This document shows positions 48,067 to 64,000 of a DNA stretch of 64,000 bases, one piece after another. This DNA comes from the human T2T-CHM13v2.0 reference genome, Homo sapiens, in the NCBI RefSeq assembly GCF_009914755.1, contig NC_060934.1; one strand, written 5' to 3'. Below the pieces are notes generated by a model. The model saw only the letters and a program-made list of their open reading frames with translations. It made no database searches and had not been told where the DNA came from. Made by a program: the position numbers and the translations under genes. Positions within the stretch are counted from its first letter, which is position 1. Each line of letters opens with the position of its first letter.

Positions 48067-49199
48067 ATTCAAACGTCTAACCGTTAAAAACTTTTAGGTA
48101 TTTTGTATTGAAAGATGACGCATATTCAGTCACCATTGTAATTACATTTTCGATGTCTACATTTAAGAGAGTGATGTCAGTTTCATTTACAGTAACCTGG
48201 AAATTGTATCTTTTGCAATTGATTAATGTTAACCTGAAAAACATTAATTTTGACTTAAAATTAAAGGGACTATGAAATTTTTCAAAAACTCCTTTGGAGA
48301 GTTCATGGGCAAAAATTTTGAAGACCGTGGGCCAAGAAAATAAAGATCATGTCTTCAATACATTTTCATGACCCATCCCTAATGTATAACTGAGATTGCA
48401 AGAGTTATTTCAATATGTGCTCACAAAATAAATGATGAGTGAATGTAAAGTCCTGAAATTTCAAAGAAAAGCATCAATACATTGAAATATATTCTTGAAA
48501 TGTATTGAAATATGAGAAAATGACCTCACCATAACCCAAACTACCATTCAAAAAAGAATTAGTGGGGGATTTTCTATGTGTGCAACAAGAACTATTGAGT
48601 AAGCATATGATGTGTTCATCATACTAAAAAGAAATTTCTCTCCAGTTTATAGGATAGAGCAACTACCAAAAAAAAAAAAAGTCATCTATTAAAGTAATTC
48701 CATTTTACTACAATGACAGAAGAGGGTGCTCTTAAATTAGAAATCTTGTAAACTATCTCAAATTTCATCAAATGAAGAGACAAATGAAATTTTCATTCAT
48801 ACAAGGCCTTTGTTAAAAATAAAATTCAGTTAGAACACTTCCCCTCCCCACCCAAAAAACAACAAAGAAACATGGTGTAAAAAATAAAATACATCAAGAC
48901 CTTGAACTCCAATTCCAAGTTAAATTAAATATTATTTATAAAACATATAATTGGGGATATTTGAAAACAAATACATGCAACACTTTAATTTAAAATTTTA
49001 AAGTCTAAGTGTAAAAATATGTAAAAAAAAAAAAAAAAAAAAAGTAAGAATCAATTGAACCCAAGGAAATGAATTGGCTGGATTAACTGAATTGGTTGAA
49101 CCCAGGAAAAAATGAAATTGAAAAAGTAAAGATTAAATTATCATTTTCAAAGGATGATATATTCAAATGTAAATGTATTCAGAAATTTTTAACAAAGGT

Positions 49200-52020
49200 G
49201 CAAAAGTAAGGAAATGGAAATGAGATAAAATAAGGAGAATCAAAGAGAAAGTAGTTCAAGTGGAAGAAAAAGAACATGCATACGATTGGAGTCCCTAAAG
49301 AGGAAAATAAAATAGTAGAACAGAACTAACATTTAAACTATAATTCAAGTAAACTTTTTTCAAAAAATGAAAAGAGACCTGAATTTACATACTGAAAAAG
49401 TCAGCAAGTACCTGAAATTTTTAACACAAAACCAAAAACTCTAATGTATATCGTGGTAAAAATATTAAACTTTAAGAAACGGAAAAAAATTTTTCATGGC
49501 CTCTAGGAAAAGAACCAAATAACACAAGAGGACAAAGAATTTGGTTGGCATTAGACTTCTGAAAACAAAGAAACAAAGAAAACTCGTGATTGTCTCCAGA
49601 GTTGTGAAAAAGTCTTTGAAAAAATTTAACATCTATTCTTTATATTTTAAAAAGAGGCACTATGGAAAATGTAAATTGATGGATTTTTTTAAGTATGGTA
49701 AAGTCTATATTCCCTATTCCTAAATTTAGCACCTTCCTTAAGAGAAAACCATAAAAAGCACTTCCATTAAAATTAGAAACAAAGCAAGTATAACCACTAG
49801 TTTCACTGATATTTCATATTGTACTGGAGGTAGTCACCAATAAGAAAAAAAAATTATTAAGAATCAGAAAAGAAGTTATCATTGATGGTATACATGAAAA
49901 ACCCTAGAGAATTGATAAAAGTTAATTCAAACAATAAAAACAATTTACTAAGTAGGTTTGGAGGATATAAAATTAGTATTCTTAGATTAATAGTCTACAT
50001 ACATAGACAAAACTATTAAAAGGAAAAAATGAAAAAACTCTATTCACATTGACAACAAAAAGAGAAAATATTAGAAATACATTTAATAAAATAAAAGCAA
50101 ATCTGTATAATAAAAACAATCCAGAAGAACTTAAACAAGTGGAAAAACATTTCCTTTCCTGGATAGTTGACTCAACATCGTAAAGGTGTTACTTCTCCCT
50201 AGATAATTCTATAAGTTTAACACAATCTCAACAAAAAGACCTACAAGGTTTTCATAGGGGTAAACAATTAGATATTGCATTCGTATGGAGAAATGAGTGG
50301 AACAATAGCTAGTAAAACACTGAAAAAAAAAAAAACAAACTATGAGAATCTGAGTAGCTATGAGAAGCTATGAGAATATGAGTACTACTGAGCTTTGTAG
50401 CTCAGTAGTACTGAACCTACCAATATCAATAGAATAAAGCTCTTATTATTAAACTGTATTATACAGGCATCTGAATAGAAAATTTGACATTTCAGACTAG
50501 CAGAGTAGAAAGTTAAAAAATGTATCCAAGTACATATGAAAATTTAGTAAATGATAAAAGATGGCATCTCAAATTTCTGGACAAAGATGAACTTTTTAAA
50601 AGGGAGTATTGGGGCAACTAGTAAGTATTTGGAAAAGGGTAAAATTAGAACCATACCTCACACTATATATACACAAAGATAATCTTCACTTAAATCAGAG
50701 TTCGAAGTGAAACCATACACACTATAGAAATAAGCAGTAAATTTCTCTATATTATGAATGTAGGAAAAAGCTTTTTTTCAATGACTCAAATGCAATTGCA
50801 TTTGAAGACAGATAAAGTTAATTACATAAAAATTTATTTTTAACAACGTTTTTTAATGACAAAAAATACCACCAAAAGCAATATCAAAAGATAAATGGCA
50901 ATCTGAGAGAAAATACTTATGTTGCATGTATCAGAAAAAGGACAAATATCCCTAATACACAAAGAACTATTTTAATATACAGGGAAAGCCCGAATGTCAC
51001 AGAGAAGAAAGAGATAAAAAATTCATTTTAAAATATAGAGAATGATGCTGCTATTTATCAGTGTTCTCCAGAGAACCAGAACCAATAGGATATGTATAGA
51101 TATATAAGCAAAGATTTATGATGAGAATTGGTTCCTGTAGTTATGGAGGCTGGGAAATCCCACAACATGCCATCTGCAAATTGAAGAACCAGGAAATACA
51201 GTGATGTAATTCAATCCCAGTTTGAAGAACTAAGAACCAGAGAAGCCAGTGCTTTAACTCCCAGTCCAAGGCTGTAGGCCTGAGAACTGGGGATGGCTGG
51301 TGTACATCCAAACTCCCAAGACTGACAACCAAGACCTCTGATGTCTAACAGCAGCAAGATGGTTGTCCCATCTCAAGAAGGAACCACTTCCCTCTCCCTT
51401 CACCTTTTTATTCTATTTGGGCTCTCAGTAGGTTGCATGAAGCCTCCCCTCATTAGTGAAGGTGAATCTTTTTTACCCAGTCTACTGATTAAAATGCTAA
51501 TCTCTTCTGGAAACATCCTCACAGACACTCAGAAATAATATTTTACCAGCTATCTGGGCATCCCTTAGCTCAGTTAAAACATAAAATTAACCATCACAAT
51601 GCATAAATATATGAAAAAAAGATTCATTTATTTAAAAAAGCAAATTAAAACAATGTTAAGATGTCATTTCTCACCTCTTGAATAAGCAACATATTCTGAT
51701 AGGAAAGATATGAAGAAACACACACTTTGCTAATTGCTAATGCGAATTGGTGTAATTCTCATGGAGGTGAATTTGGTAATCTCTCACAAAACTACATATT
51801 CATTCACTTTGGGACCTAACAATTCCATTTATAGAATTTATTCTGTAGGCACCGTTCTAACACTGTGAAAATACATGTCCATAAGGCTACTCACTCTGTT
51901 GCTTTTATAATTTCAAAATATTGGAAACATCCTAAATGCCCATGGATGAATAATCTGTTATATGATACAACCATACAATGGAATGCAAAGGAACATAGAA
52001 CAGTTAAGAAGCATTCCTTG
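49200..52020 (+). mobile_element. Highly degraded ancient L1 (L1M), interrupted by an MLT2 LTR
   Basis: A-rich strand bias with ORF1/ORF2-like remnants (gattggagtccctaaagagg; aattagaaccatacctcacac; catttctcacct). Confidence 0.65.
51052..51598 (-). mobile_element. ERVL solo LTR (MLT2-type)
   Basis: ttctccagagaaccagaaccaatagga...atcctcacagacactcagaaataat...aaaattaaccatcaca. Confidence 0.85.
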
Positions 52021-52242
52021 GGCCAGGTATAGAAAAGTTATTTTCTGGGGAAAGCTAAAGGAAAATGAAAAAATATATAGTTATCACTGAAACTGTTCTG
52101 TAGCTTTCTTTCATTTGACTCAAATTTTAAAATAACCTAAAAAGTGTGTTATTGTTGATAATTACATGTCATGTGTTTGACATGCCTATGGTCATGACAT
52201 AAACCTGTGGAGCAGATAATAGTATGTGTAATTTAGCAGTTA

Positions 52243-52584
<342 letters not shown>

Positions 52585-52592
52585 TTAGATGA

Positions 52593-52756
52593 GGCTGAGC
52601 ACAGTGGCTCACACCTGTAATCCTAGCACTTCAGAGGCAGAAGTGGGAGGATTGCTTGAGCCCAGGCTGTAGTGAGCTATGATCGCAATACTGCACTTTA
52701 GCTTGTGTGACTGAACGAGAGCCTATTTTAAAAAGAGAGAGAGAGAGAGAGAGAGA
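52593..52756 (+). mobile_element. FLAM-like Alu monomer with (GA)n tail
   Basis: ggctgagcacagtggctcacacctgtaatcc...gagagagaga. Confidence 0.8.
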
Positions 52757-55133
52757 CATGAGACATGGTGAAATTAAGTACTTTTCCCAGAGACAAAAAA
52801 TAAAACAGAGCTAGAGTCCAGATTCAAACCTAGTTCTTTGGCCACGATCTATGCTCAACCCTTGTGGATGTTGCCTCTTTGAAGATCTGACTAGACGGCT
52901 TATGATTCTAGAGTTCCATGATACTATGAGGACAAATTTGAATAAAATGCCTTAAAGGAAATCTAAAACTTAACTTTATTTGCATTTGGCTGTTTCCTTT
53001 TTTTTAACACACTGTGCAGTTTTGTTCCTATGAAAATTCATATGGTTGCTTTTGCCTATTTTACGCTTCCCCACCTTGACTAACTGAAAAACTCCAGATT
53101 TATCCTTTACTTCCCAGTTAATGTAGAATATCCTCTCTAGAACATTCCCTGAACCCATAAGCATACAGATCATATCCTGTGTGCAGTGCAGTGTACGAAA
53201 AAGGAAAGAGATATGATTCTAAAAACAGGCAGACCCGGGTTTGGATATGAGCTCCACTGCTAACTAACTCCATGACTTAAAAAAATGACCTAAGCTCTCT
53301 CTAAGGCCGAAGATGAAAATGTACATTTGTTTAAAACTCACCTTCTCTGCCATGATGAAGCTGTGAATTAAAAGGGGGTACTGCACTTGCTGAAATATAT
53401 CATTAATAGTTGTTTTCTTTACTGAAGAATGTTTTTTAAAAATTGTGTATCTAAGTGGGAGCCACTAGTAATCTGTTTGCCAATTGCATATTTAACATCA
53501 GCTAAATCATCTCCGTAGCAACCAACAATCATTCTTTACTAGGTGGAATACAGAACAAATTATCAAAATTTAAGACCATGGCCTCTGCTGTTATTTTTTT
53601 CAAATATAACATAGTACTCAAGTGCTAAGGACTAACAAAAATCCTCATAATAACACTGGACTGTTTTGCAAAGAAAAATCATTCCAAAGTTTCAAAAAGT
53701 CAATTTAAAGTGGAGAATATTTAGATATCTTTTAGGTAATAAGCTTAAGAGACCATGCAGGGTGGTGCATTATTTTCAAATCTAACTTATGGAAAAGACA
53801 ATTTTGTAGAGAAACATAAATTACTAAAATTGGCCCAAGAATAGGCATAAAAGTTGAATACGTTGGTGGACATAGGAGAAATCTAAAAGTCAAAACTGTA
53901 GTCTCTCCCTTCAAAAAATTTCAATATTTTTTCTGTCAAAAAACTGAAGGCATTTTCCCTTAAAATCAAGATTTTTTTTTTTTTTTTTTTTTAAGTCAGG
54001 GAGGTCTGCCAGGCCTTGGATTATTCTATTTGCTCACGGGGTTTTAGCCAAAGGTACAAGCCAAAATAAGTAGAAGCTAAACATATTGAAAAAGAAGAAA
54101 CAAATATTTTTGCAGATATTGACAGCCTAGGAAATCCACACAAATGTACTGCAATACTATTAGATTGAAAACAGGGTTCAGCGAGATAGATGGACATAAG
54201 ATAAATATAAAAGACTAGATGAATTTCCTTTTCACCAGTAGTAACAATAATTAAACTAGATAATTGGAAAAGGGCTCCATTCTGAAACAGCAGCAATTAT
54301 TATAATATATAGAGGCCTATACTGAATAGTACATGCACATCACCCACATAAAGAGTGCTGAAAAGCACAAATGAAGGACCCTCACAGAAGACCTAAATAA
54401 ATGGATAGAAAAAAAAAAAATGAACAAACCACTTTCTAGAGTTAGTGATTTTCAATATTGCACAAATGACCATTAGCCAATTAATTACATTGGCTAATTA
54501 AATCTAGTTAATAATTTAGATTTTTGTTTGATTTTGAAATAGGCAGTTGGATTTTAATGTTCAGTTGGAAAAATAAATAAAACTTAAAGCCAAAATTATG
54601 AAATGGTATTTACAATACTTGACAATACAGCTTGCTATAAAGTCATTGTAATAAATATTATGAAGCTGGAACAGGAATAGACAAATAGACACTTGGAAAA
54701 GAATAAAAAGTCTACAAATAGCTTAACGTGGTTACCTAAAATTAGTATAAAATAGGTGGCTTTCAAGTTAATGAGAATGGATGAGTTGGAATATGTAATA
54801 ATTGATATTAAGATAATTGGTTAGCCATTAATTTAAAATGTAAATTATTATTGACATAACACACAGGAATTAACTTCAGAATTATTAAAAATATATATAG
54901 GGGAAAAGCATAAAATTTCTTTGGGAAAATAGCATACAAGAATAGTTTAAAATCTTGAAGTATGAGGGTCTTTTCTAAGCTTAGTAAGCAGCTGTAAAAT
55001 AAAAGATAAACAGATTCGAAAACTTGATCACATGGATGATGCTTAAAAGTATTCAGTGTGGTAAAAGACACCATAAACAAAATTAAGAAAAAAACAACAA
55101 ACAAACAAAAAAGCAACAAAAAAACAATAACAG

Positions 55134-55456
55134 GGCCACGTGCGGTGGCTCACACCTGTAATCCCAGCACTTTGGGAGGCCAGGTAGAGTGGATTACCTG
55201 AGGTCAGGTGCAAGACTAGCCTGGCCAACATGATGAAACCCCATCTCTTCTAAAAATATAAAAATACAATTACAAAAAAATACAAAAAATTAACCAGGCG
55301 TGGTGGCAGGTTCCTGTAATCCCAGCTACACGGGAAGCTGGAGTAGGAGAATCACTTGAACACGGTGGGCAGAGGTTTCGCAGTGAGCCGATATTCCACC
55401 ACTGCACTCCAGCCTGGGCGACAGAGCAAGACTGTCTAAAAAAAAAAAAAAAAAAA
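55134..55456 (+). mobile_element. AluS with expanded A-rich linker
   Basis: Full dimer, poly(A), TSD-like aaaaaacaataa. Confidence 0.92.
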
Positions 55457-55555
55457 GGAAAAAAGGAAGAAAAAACAATAATAGGCCAGGCCAGGAGGAA
55501 AATATACAGGATACACAACAGCTAGGGATTAGTCATAATATATACTCAAACAATA

Positions 55556-55713
55556 AAAATTATGTAACAGATAAACTAGACACACATTATTTACAGAAAA
55601 AGGAAAATAAATGGTCAACACACATCTGAAAAAAATTCAAAACAAAATTATGTAACAGATAAACTAGACAAACATTATTTACAGAAAAAGGAAAATAAAT
55701 GGTCAACACACAT
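55556..55713. repeat. 70-bp near-tandem duplication (period 88)
   Basis: 55556-55625 vs 55644-55713, 1 mismatch. Confidence 0.92.
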
Positions 55714-58675
55714 TGCACTAATGCATAAATGCACTAATGAATAAATAAGTGCAAAGTAAGTCGTTGATATCCTGTTTTTACCTATTAAAGTGACAAAACA
55801 TTTTTTGGTAATATCCATTATTTATGAGACTATAGAAACACTGTCCCTTTTATATATAGCTTGTGGGACTATAGCTTTTCTAAATATACAACATGGAGAA
55901 AAATACAACTTTTGGAAAAATAAAGTGGCAATATTCATTCAATGTTTTAATATACACGTTCCTTAATTCAACAATCCCAATCCTAGGAATGTAGCCTACT
56001 AACATATTAACAAGAAATATAAACACAAACATATTGGTCTCAGCATTTTGCAATAGCACCATATTGAAAACACAGTTAAATGTTCCAAATAGTGTCATGG
56101 AATAGTATGTAACACTTTTTTAAAATAGAAGATATAAATCCTGACATAGAAAAGTATCCATATTGTTAGGTGAAAATGCAAATGCCAGAATAATATGTAT
56201 ATTAAGATCCTATTTGGAGAGGGAGAAAATGTGTAACTGTGTATGAAAAAGAAAAAAAGGAAACTGGTGAGTTACACATCAAACTGTTAAGAATAGTTAG
56301 TGAGCTCTGTAGAAGATTGGCTTGGGGGAAAGAGAGATTTCATACTTGAATTTTTGCATTTTTATTTTACCAGGTACTGCTTTTTATAACTTAAAAAAGC
56401 ATTAAAAAGATTTTTGAAAACATATGTTGCTAATTTTTCAGGTAAGAAACAAAGGAAAAAAGAGTTTTTATATTTTTAAAAATACTAACATATGTTACAG
56501 TAAAAGGCAGAGTCAGTTGGCTGCTTCTAACAAAGTGTCCTGCGGATGAATGTGCCCGTCCCTCAGTTTTTCTTTCCGTGTTGTCAGAAAGCATTACACA
56601 CTTTCTGCCTCCTGCAGAGCCAAGTAAGCAAGACAGACCAGGAATGTGATTGAAGGTGAAGCAACAAACTGCTCTCGCCCAGCTCACCAAGCCTTCTTCC
56701 CTGCCTAATTTGCAGAGCTGGATTGTACTCCAATCACATATGCTAACAGAGTCACAAAAATGAAAAGCACAGTGATACCTAATTTCCCCTGTCTGCACCC
56801 CTTCCCAAAAAGCAAGCCTCGTGATATGTTTGTACACTTAGCTATTAAATGGTTTTTAGGCTCCTGATGATAGCTGTAAGCATTCACAGTTGGTGCCTTC
56901 CAAATGAATGACCTGTTGACTCATCCAGGGAGGGCATCCTCTAAGGAAAGGCATGGCCCAGATTCTGTTCGCTGGTCATTGCTGACAGGGATTTGTGATC
57001 CAGATATTTTCCAAGATCTCTGGTATGACCTGACTGTTAAGTAGATATTTCTGTCCTCCGAGAGGAGTGGTGGGTTATTTGTGAGGCAGTATCTAATGCC
57101 AGAGGACTTGCTTTAAAAGAGAGAACAAGAAATAGCTGTCTAGAGTGTAAGAATCAGGAGATTCAAAAAGCTCACTCCATCACCCATCCTAAAGTAGCTG
57201 CATAGGAAAATGTTTCTACACAGTTTTCACTTTATCAGTTTTCCTAGTATGTGCACGGCCAAGCTTCATGGGGTAGCCGTTGGTTGAAAATGACACCTCT
57301 TCTTTCTTTGCTGTGTGTGATGTGTGTGCATGTGGCCAACGCACTCTACTGAATGGAAGCAAGAGACACAGCTCAGTGGTGGCGCTCGAGAGACTGGAGC
57401 TTCTAAGAATGCTGACAAAAAAGTTATTCCTCAGACTGAATTTCACAATTTCCCCAATCAGGCCTCCCCAGTGGCCCTGGAACGGCTGGCCATCCAGCTC
57501 TGCTCTGATCCTACACAGCTTTTCTTCCTGCTCAGCCAGCATGAGTTTAACTATGTCAGAGTAGAAGCTTTTGTGCTGTTGCTAGGTGGCTGATCTCTGC
57601 CTTACAGAAGCAGAATCTAGCAAATGAGGTAGAACTTTTTGAACTTATCCCTCTTAGTAGAGAAATGTTGACAGATCTAAGTAGTTCAATGCATTTTAAT
57701 TTTGAAACCCCCTTGGGACTTTTCTTATCCTCTGAAAGAACTAGTTTATGTTTGCTGTTGCCCTAATCTGCTGTCTGTAATTCTGCCATGTAGGAAATCC
57801 CTTTGTATTTTTCAGAAAAAGACTTATTTTCCTTATGTCCATCAGGGAAAAGAAGGAGATAATGAAACTGGTTTATGTTCCTAAGTTTAAGGTTAAATTA
57901 TGACTATTCATGATCAGTGGTTAGAGTTTTTATATATGGTTATATAAACATACACGTTGGTATTGAATTCAAAAATACATCTCTTTCAAATTTATTGTTT
58001 GGGCATCCAGAATGAAAACATATAATATCACTTCATAGTAAGTCTTTTCGTTTTAGTGCTACCACCATCTAACAATTTTGAGGACTAAGGTAGCATGCTT
58101 TCTAAATATATAGGGGGAATTCTAAGTTTGGAATAAGAACATTTTCTAAGAATTACATTTTTCATTCTGTAGATAAAAACCAAAAAGCAATATTTTCCTG
58201 TTAGAGTGTTAGAATGAGAGTGTGTTTAGTTTGAATAAAGACTTTAGTAATGAGAATAAGGCTTTGCATATATTATTCTTTTCCATTTGTTGAAATTAAA
58301 AATGATATTATAAGAATTTTCTCCATAGCAATGTAAGTTATGATGTATTGTCTTTTGCTATTGTTTATGGATTTTATGGTGTCAAGAGAACACAAATTAT
58401 GTACATAAAAAGAATAAGTGAAAGGTATTTTATAGATATAAATATGTATTTATAAGCATATATTTAACTAGGATAAATTGCCCTAGCAAACAAATATATA
58501 TTTATATTGACAAGTATTTGCCTATATTTTTTGGTTTGTTTTTATGGCAAAACATCATAATATATAAAACTAAATTAGTCATTCATTGGCTATAAAGTAT
58601 ATGAAACATTGTGATGTACAAGGGAAGGAAGACTGGCCTTGGAATTAAAAGACCTGTCTTGACTGCCCTTTGAAA

Positions 58676-59647
58676 AACTTTTATTTTAGATTCAGAGGTA
58701 CATGTGGAGGTTTGTAATATAGGCAAACTCATGTCATGGAGGTTTGTTGGACAGATTATTCATCACCCAGTACTAAGTCTAATAACCAATAGTTATTTTT
58801 TTCTGATCCTTTTCCTCCTCCCAACCTGCACCTTCAAGTAGGCCCCAGTGTCTGTTGTTCCCCTCTATGTGTCCATGTGTTCTCATCATTTAGCTCCCAC
58901 TTATAAGTGAGAACAGGTGGAATGTAGTTTTTTGTTCCTGCATTAGTTTACTAAGGATGATGGCCTCCAGCTCCATCCATGTTCTTGTAAAGGACATAAT
59001 CTCTTTGTTTTTTATGGCTGCATAGTATTTCATGATGTATATGTATCATATTTCTTTTGTCCAGTCTGCCATTGATTGGCATGTAAGTTGATCCCATATC
59101 TTTGATATTGTGAATAGTGCTATAATGAACATACGCATGCATGTGTCTTTATGGTAGGACAATTTATATTCCTTTGGGTACATATCCAGTAATGGGATTG
59201 CTGGATCCAATGGTAGCTCTGTTTTAGTTCTTTGAGGAATCATCACACTGCTTTCCACAATGGTTGAACTAATTTACACTCTCATCAACAGTGTATAAGG
59301 TTCATTTTTCTCCATAACCTCACCAGCATCTGTTATTTTTTGACTTTTTAATAATAGCCATTCTGATTGGTGTGAGATGCTATGTCATTGTGGTTTTGAT
59401 TTACATTTCTCTAATGATCAGTGATTGAGCTTTTCTTCATATGCATGTTGCCTGCATGTATGTCTTCTTTTGAAAAGTGTGTTCATGTCATTTGCCCACT
59501 TCTTAGTGGGGTTGCTTTTTCTTGTAAATTTGTTCAAGTTCCTTATAGATGCTGGATATTAGACCTTTGTCAGATGCCTAGTTTGCAAAGATTTTCTCCC
59601 ATTCTGTAGGATGTTTGTTTACTCTGTTGATAGTTTCTTCTGCTGCT
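58676..59647 (-). mobile_element. Older L1PA 3' end (L1PA13-15-like)
   Basis: 3'UTR plus ORF2 remnant ([17 protein letters not shown]). Confidence 0.88.
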
Positions 59648-60585
59648 GCACTTAATAATTGTATAGCAGTATCAGTCAGGAACCTGGTAGAAAGATAATT
59701 CAAGCCAGATGGCCCAAATAACAAAATTTTCATGAAGTGGCCTCTTAGTTTAATGAAGGTATGAGCAAGGTTGAAAGAACAACACATTGAGGCTCCAGAA
59801 AACTAGCAGCAGTAGAAAGCCTAAATCTAAAGAGACAAGGAGTAGACCTTGGTTAACTAGCTTCTAATGAGAACTGGCACTGTGGTAGAGCTTCAAAGAA
59901 AAATCTGTAGTTGGAGGACAACCTGGTTACTGCCATCGTGAAGAAGTTGGAGCAAGCAGGCAAAATGTATTCCACATCCTCTGTCCTTCCACCTTCCAAT
60001 CTCCAGTTGCTATCTTCCGTAGGCCAAGAACAGCAGGAAGCCAGCCAACCAGGCAACATGGATAGGAAAGCAGTCCATAGATTCCTTTCTCCCAGAGCTC
60101 TGAATAGGGCATAGAAGAGGCTCTGAGCCAGCATAGTGATGCTGGTGAATCTTTTCATCTCTATCTTAGTATATGTAAAAGTTATAAAGATCATTCAGTT
60201 TCTAGAAATAAAAATCTGGCTTAAAAACCTAAGGAATAATGATTTTTTTGATAACAAAAATTCTAGTGGTAAATGATTACCAACATTGTTTCACTTATTC
60301 AAGGATGTCAGAAACAAATCTATGTTTCTCCCAACCTTACATGCTGGGCCCAGAGCTCCACCCTAACCCCTTTCCAGACAAACCCCAAAAAAGACAGGGC
60401 AGAAAAACAAAAAGAGCTCAACCAGAGGACTCACCCAACAATTTTTACATATGTCTCATTTTCCTAAGAAATATGCTGAAAAAATGTTAAGTGAATGTTT
60501 AGATTAAGGTAGAATGACCAATAAATAAGAGATTATCCAGATTATGAGTGTGATTTTTTAGAACTTTTGTGCTCCATTGAGGCTA

Positions 60586-60941
<356 letters not shown>

Positions 60942-61349
60942 CGACTTTTCAAGATTTCTTGGCCATGTTGTGAGTTTCACGCCCCCTCATTGGAGAAGCA
61001 CGGTGTAATTAACTTCGAGGGGACTTCCCAGAGAGCATTGATATGTTTCTTACAGTAGTAAAAGCTCGTAGGAACGTTTGTCAAGCACATAAGATATCTA
61101 AAGACATTTGCTGTGGCTGTTGGCCCATCATGTCAAAGCAGAGTGAGAGTAGCTGGAACATTGGAAACTCCACTTCTCCCCTTAGAAGTGGGTCAAAAAT
61201 ATACAAATCCTACAGACAGAATATCCTACCCATATTAGTAATGCCAGCCTGGTGGCTTCAAAAAGATTTCCCCAAATAGTTTTGTCAGAAGTTGAGGAGA
61301 CCCCAAAGTAAAGAAACTCCAAAAAGCCTTGTGAAAAAACACTTACAGA

Positions 61350-61818
<469 letters not shown>

Positions 61819-62399
61819 ACACAGTTTCTTCTTAAAATACCTGCCAGGCCCAGAGAACCGGAAGCACACTGAAATCAAAAAGTTATTCCTCTCATTTCCT
61901 GCTGCTTTCCCAGACTCCAATGCCAGATGAGCAGAAGACACTGGGACTGGAGTAGCTGAAGAAGAACGAAAATGTCAGCTCACCTACTTAGTCGATGATC
62001 AACCTTCTGGAGGGGAAGAAATGCTGCTAAATTTGAGGCTTTTGTTGTTACGCAAGACTGAGCATTTAAATCACCAAAATTAGGCCCATTTTTGTGACTT
62101 AGAGTGCCCATCACATTATTGGTTTACCCAAGAGTGATCAAGGAAGTCATGAGATCTAGTAGAAATGTTATTCAAGTGTAGCAGGTTTAAAGATCATGGA
62201 AGACAAAATGGATTTCTATTTTAAATTGTATTCGAAAAGTCATGCTTGCGGAATATGGAGACTTAGATCTTCAGCTCGGCATTGTTCTGGATTCTGTTGG
62301 TAAGAAAGGAAAAAATACACATGGGCTAAGCTCACAGCACTCTTTTCCGTAATACTCATCTGGAAAGCAAGCAGAGTGAACTAGACCAGGGACCTCAAC

Positions 62400-64000
<1,601 letters not shown>

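Larger units (their letters stand above)
54080..56400 (+). mobile_element. Degraded ancient L1 (L1ME-like), ORF2 to 3' end
   Basis: tttgcagatattgacagcctagg (FADD-region remnant), agacctaaataaatggataga, caacaatcccaatcctaggaat. Confidence 0.65.

Overview
This window is primate (human or great-ape-like) genomic DNA, AT-rich and mostly intronic. It carries three + strand coding exons (22878-23141, 35463-35588, 43543-43609) that splice in frame into three LDL-receptor class A repeats followed by the start of an EGF-like domain. I recognise this as the membrane-proximal part of MALRD1 (C10orf112/Diet1). The rest is transposable-element-derived: a full-length antisense L1PA2/3-type LINE-1 with ORF1 intact and ORF2 broken, a truncated L1 nested in a Tigger1, many Alus, MaLR/ERVL LTRs, L2, MIR, old L1s and a 5S rRNA retropseudogene. 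The leading candidate system is the antisense L1. Its antisense promoter and intact ORF0 point towards the downstream MALRD1 exons, and the ORF0 splice donor at 14594/14595 is phase 1, matching all three downstream acceptors. This predicts an in-frame ORF0-MALRD1 fusion protein lacking the signal peptide and MAM domains. Other observations are a perfect DR5 element made by an 11-bp duplication, two locally templated insertions of about 157 bp (one inverted and sitting inside a hairpin), a 25-bp L1 3' transduction, and shared rare variants between the two young L1 copies. Everything was read by eye, so repeat subfamily names and the boundaries of old repeats are approximate, and no expression evidence is available.
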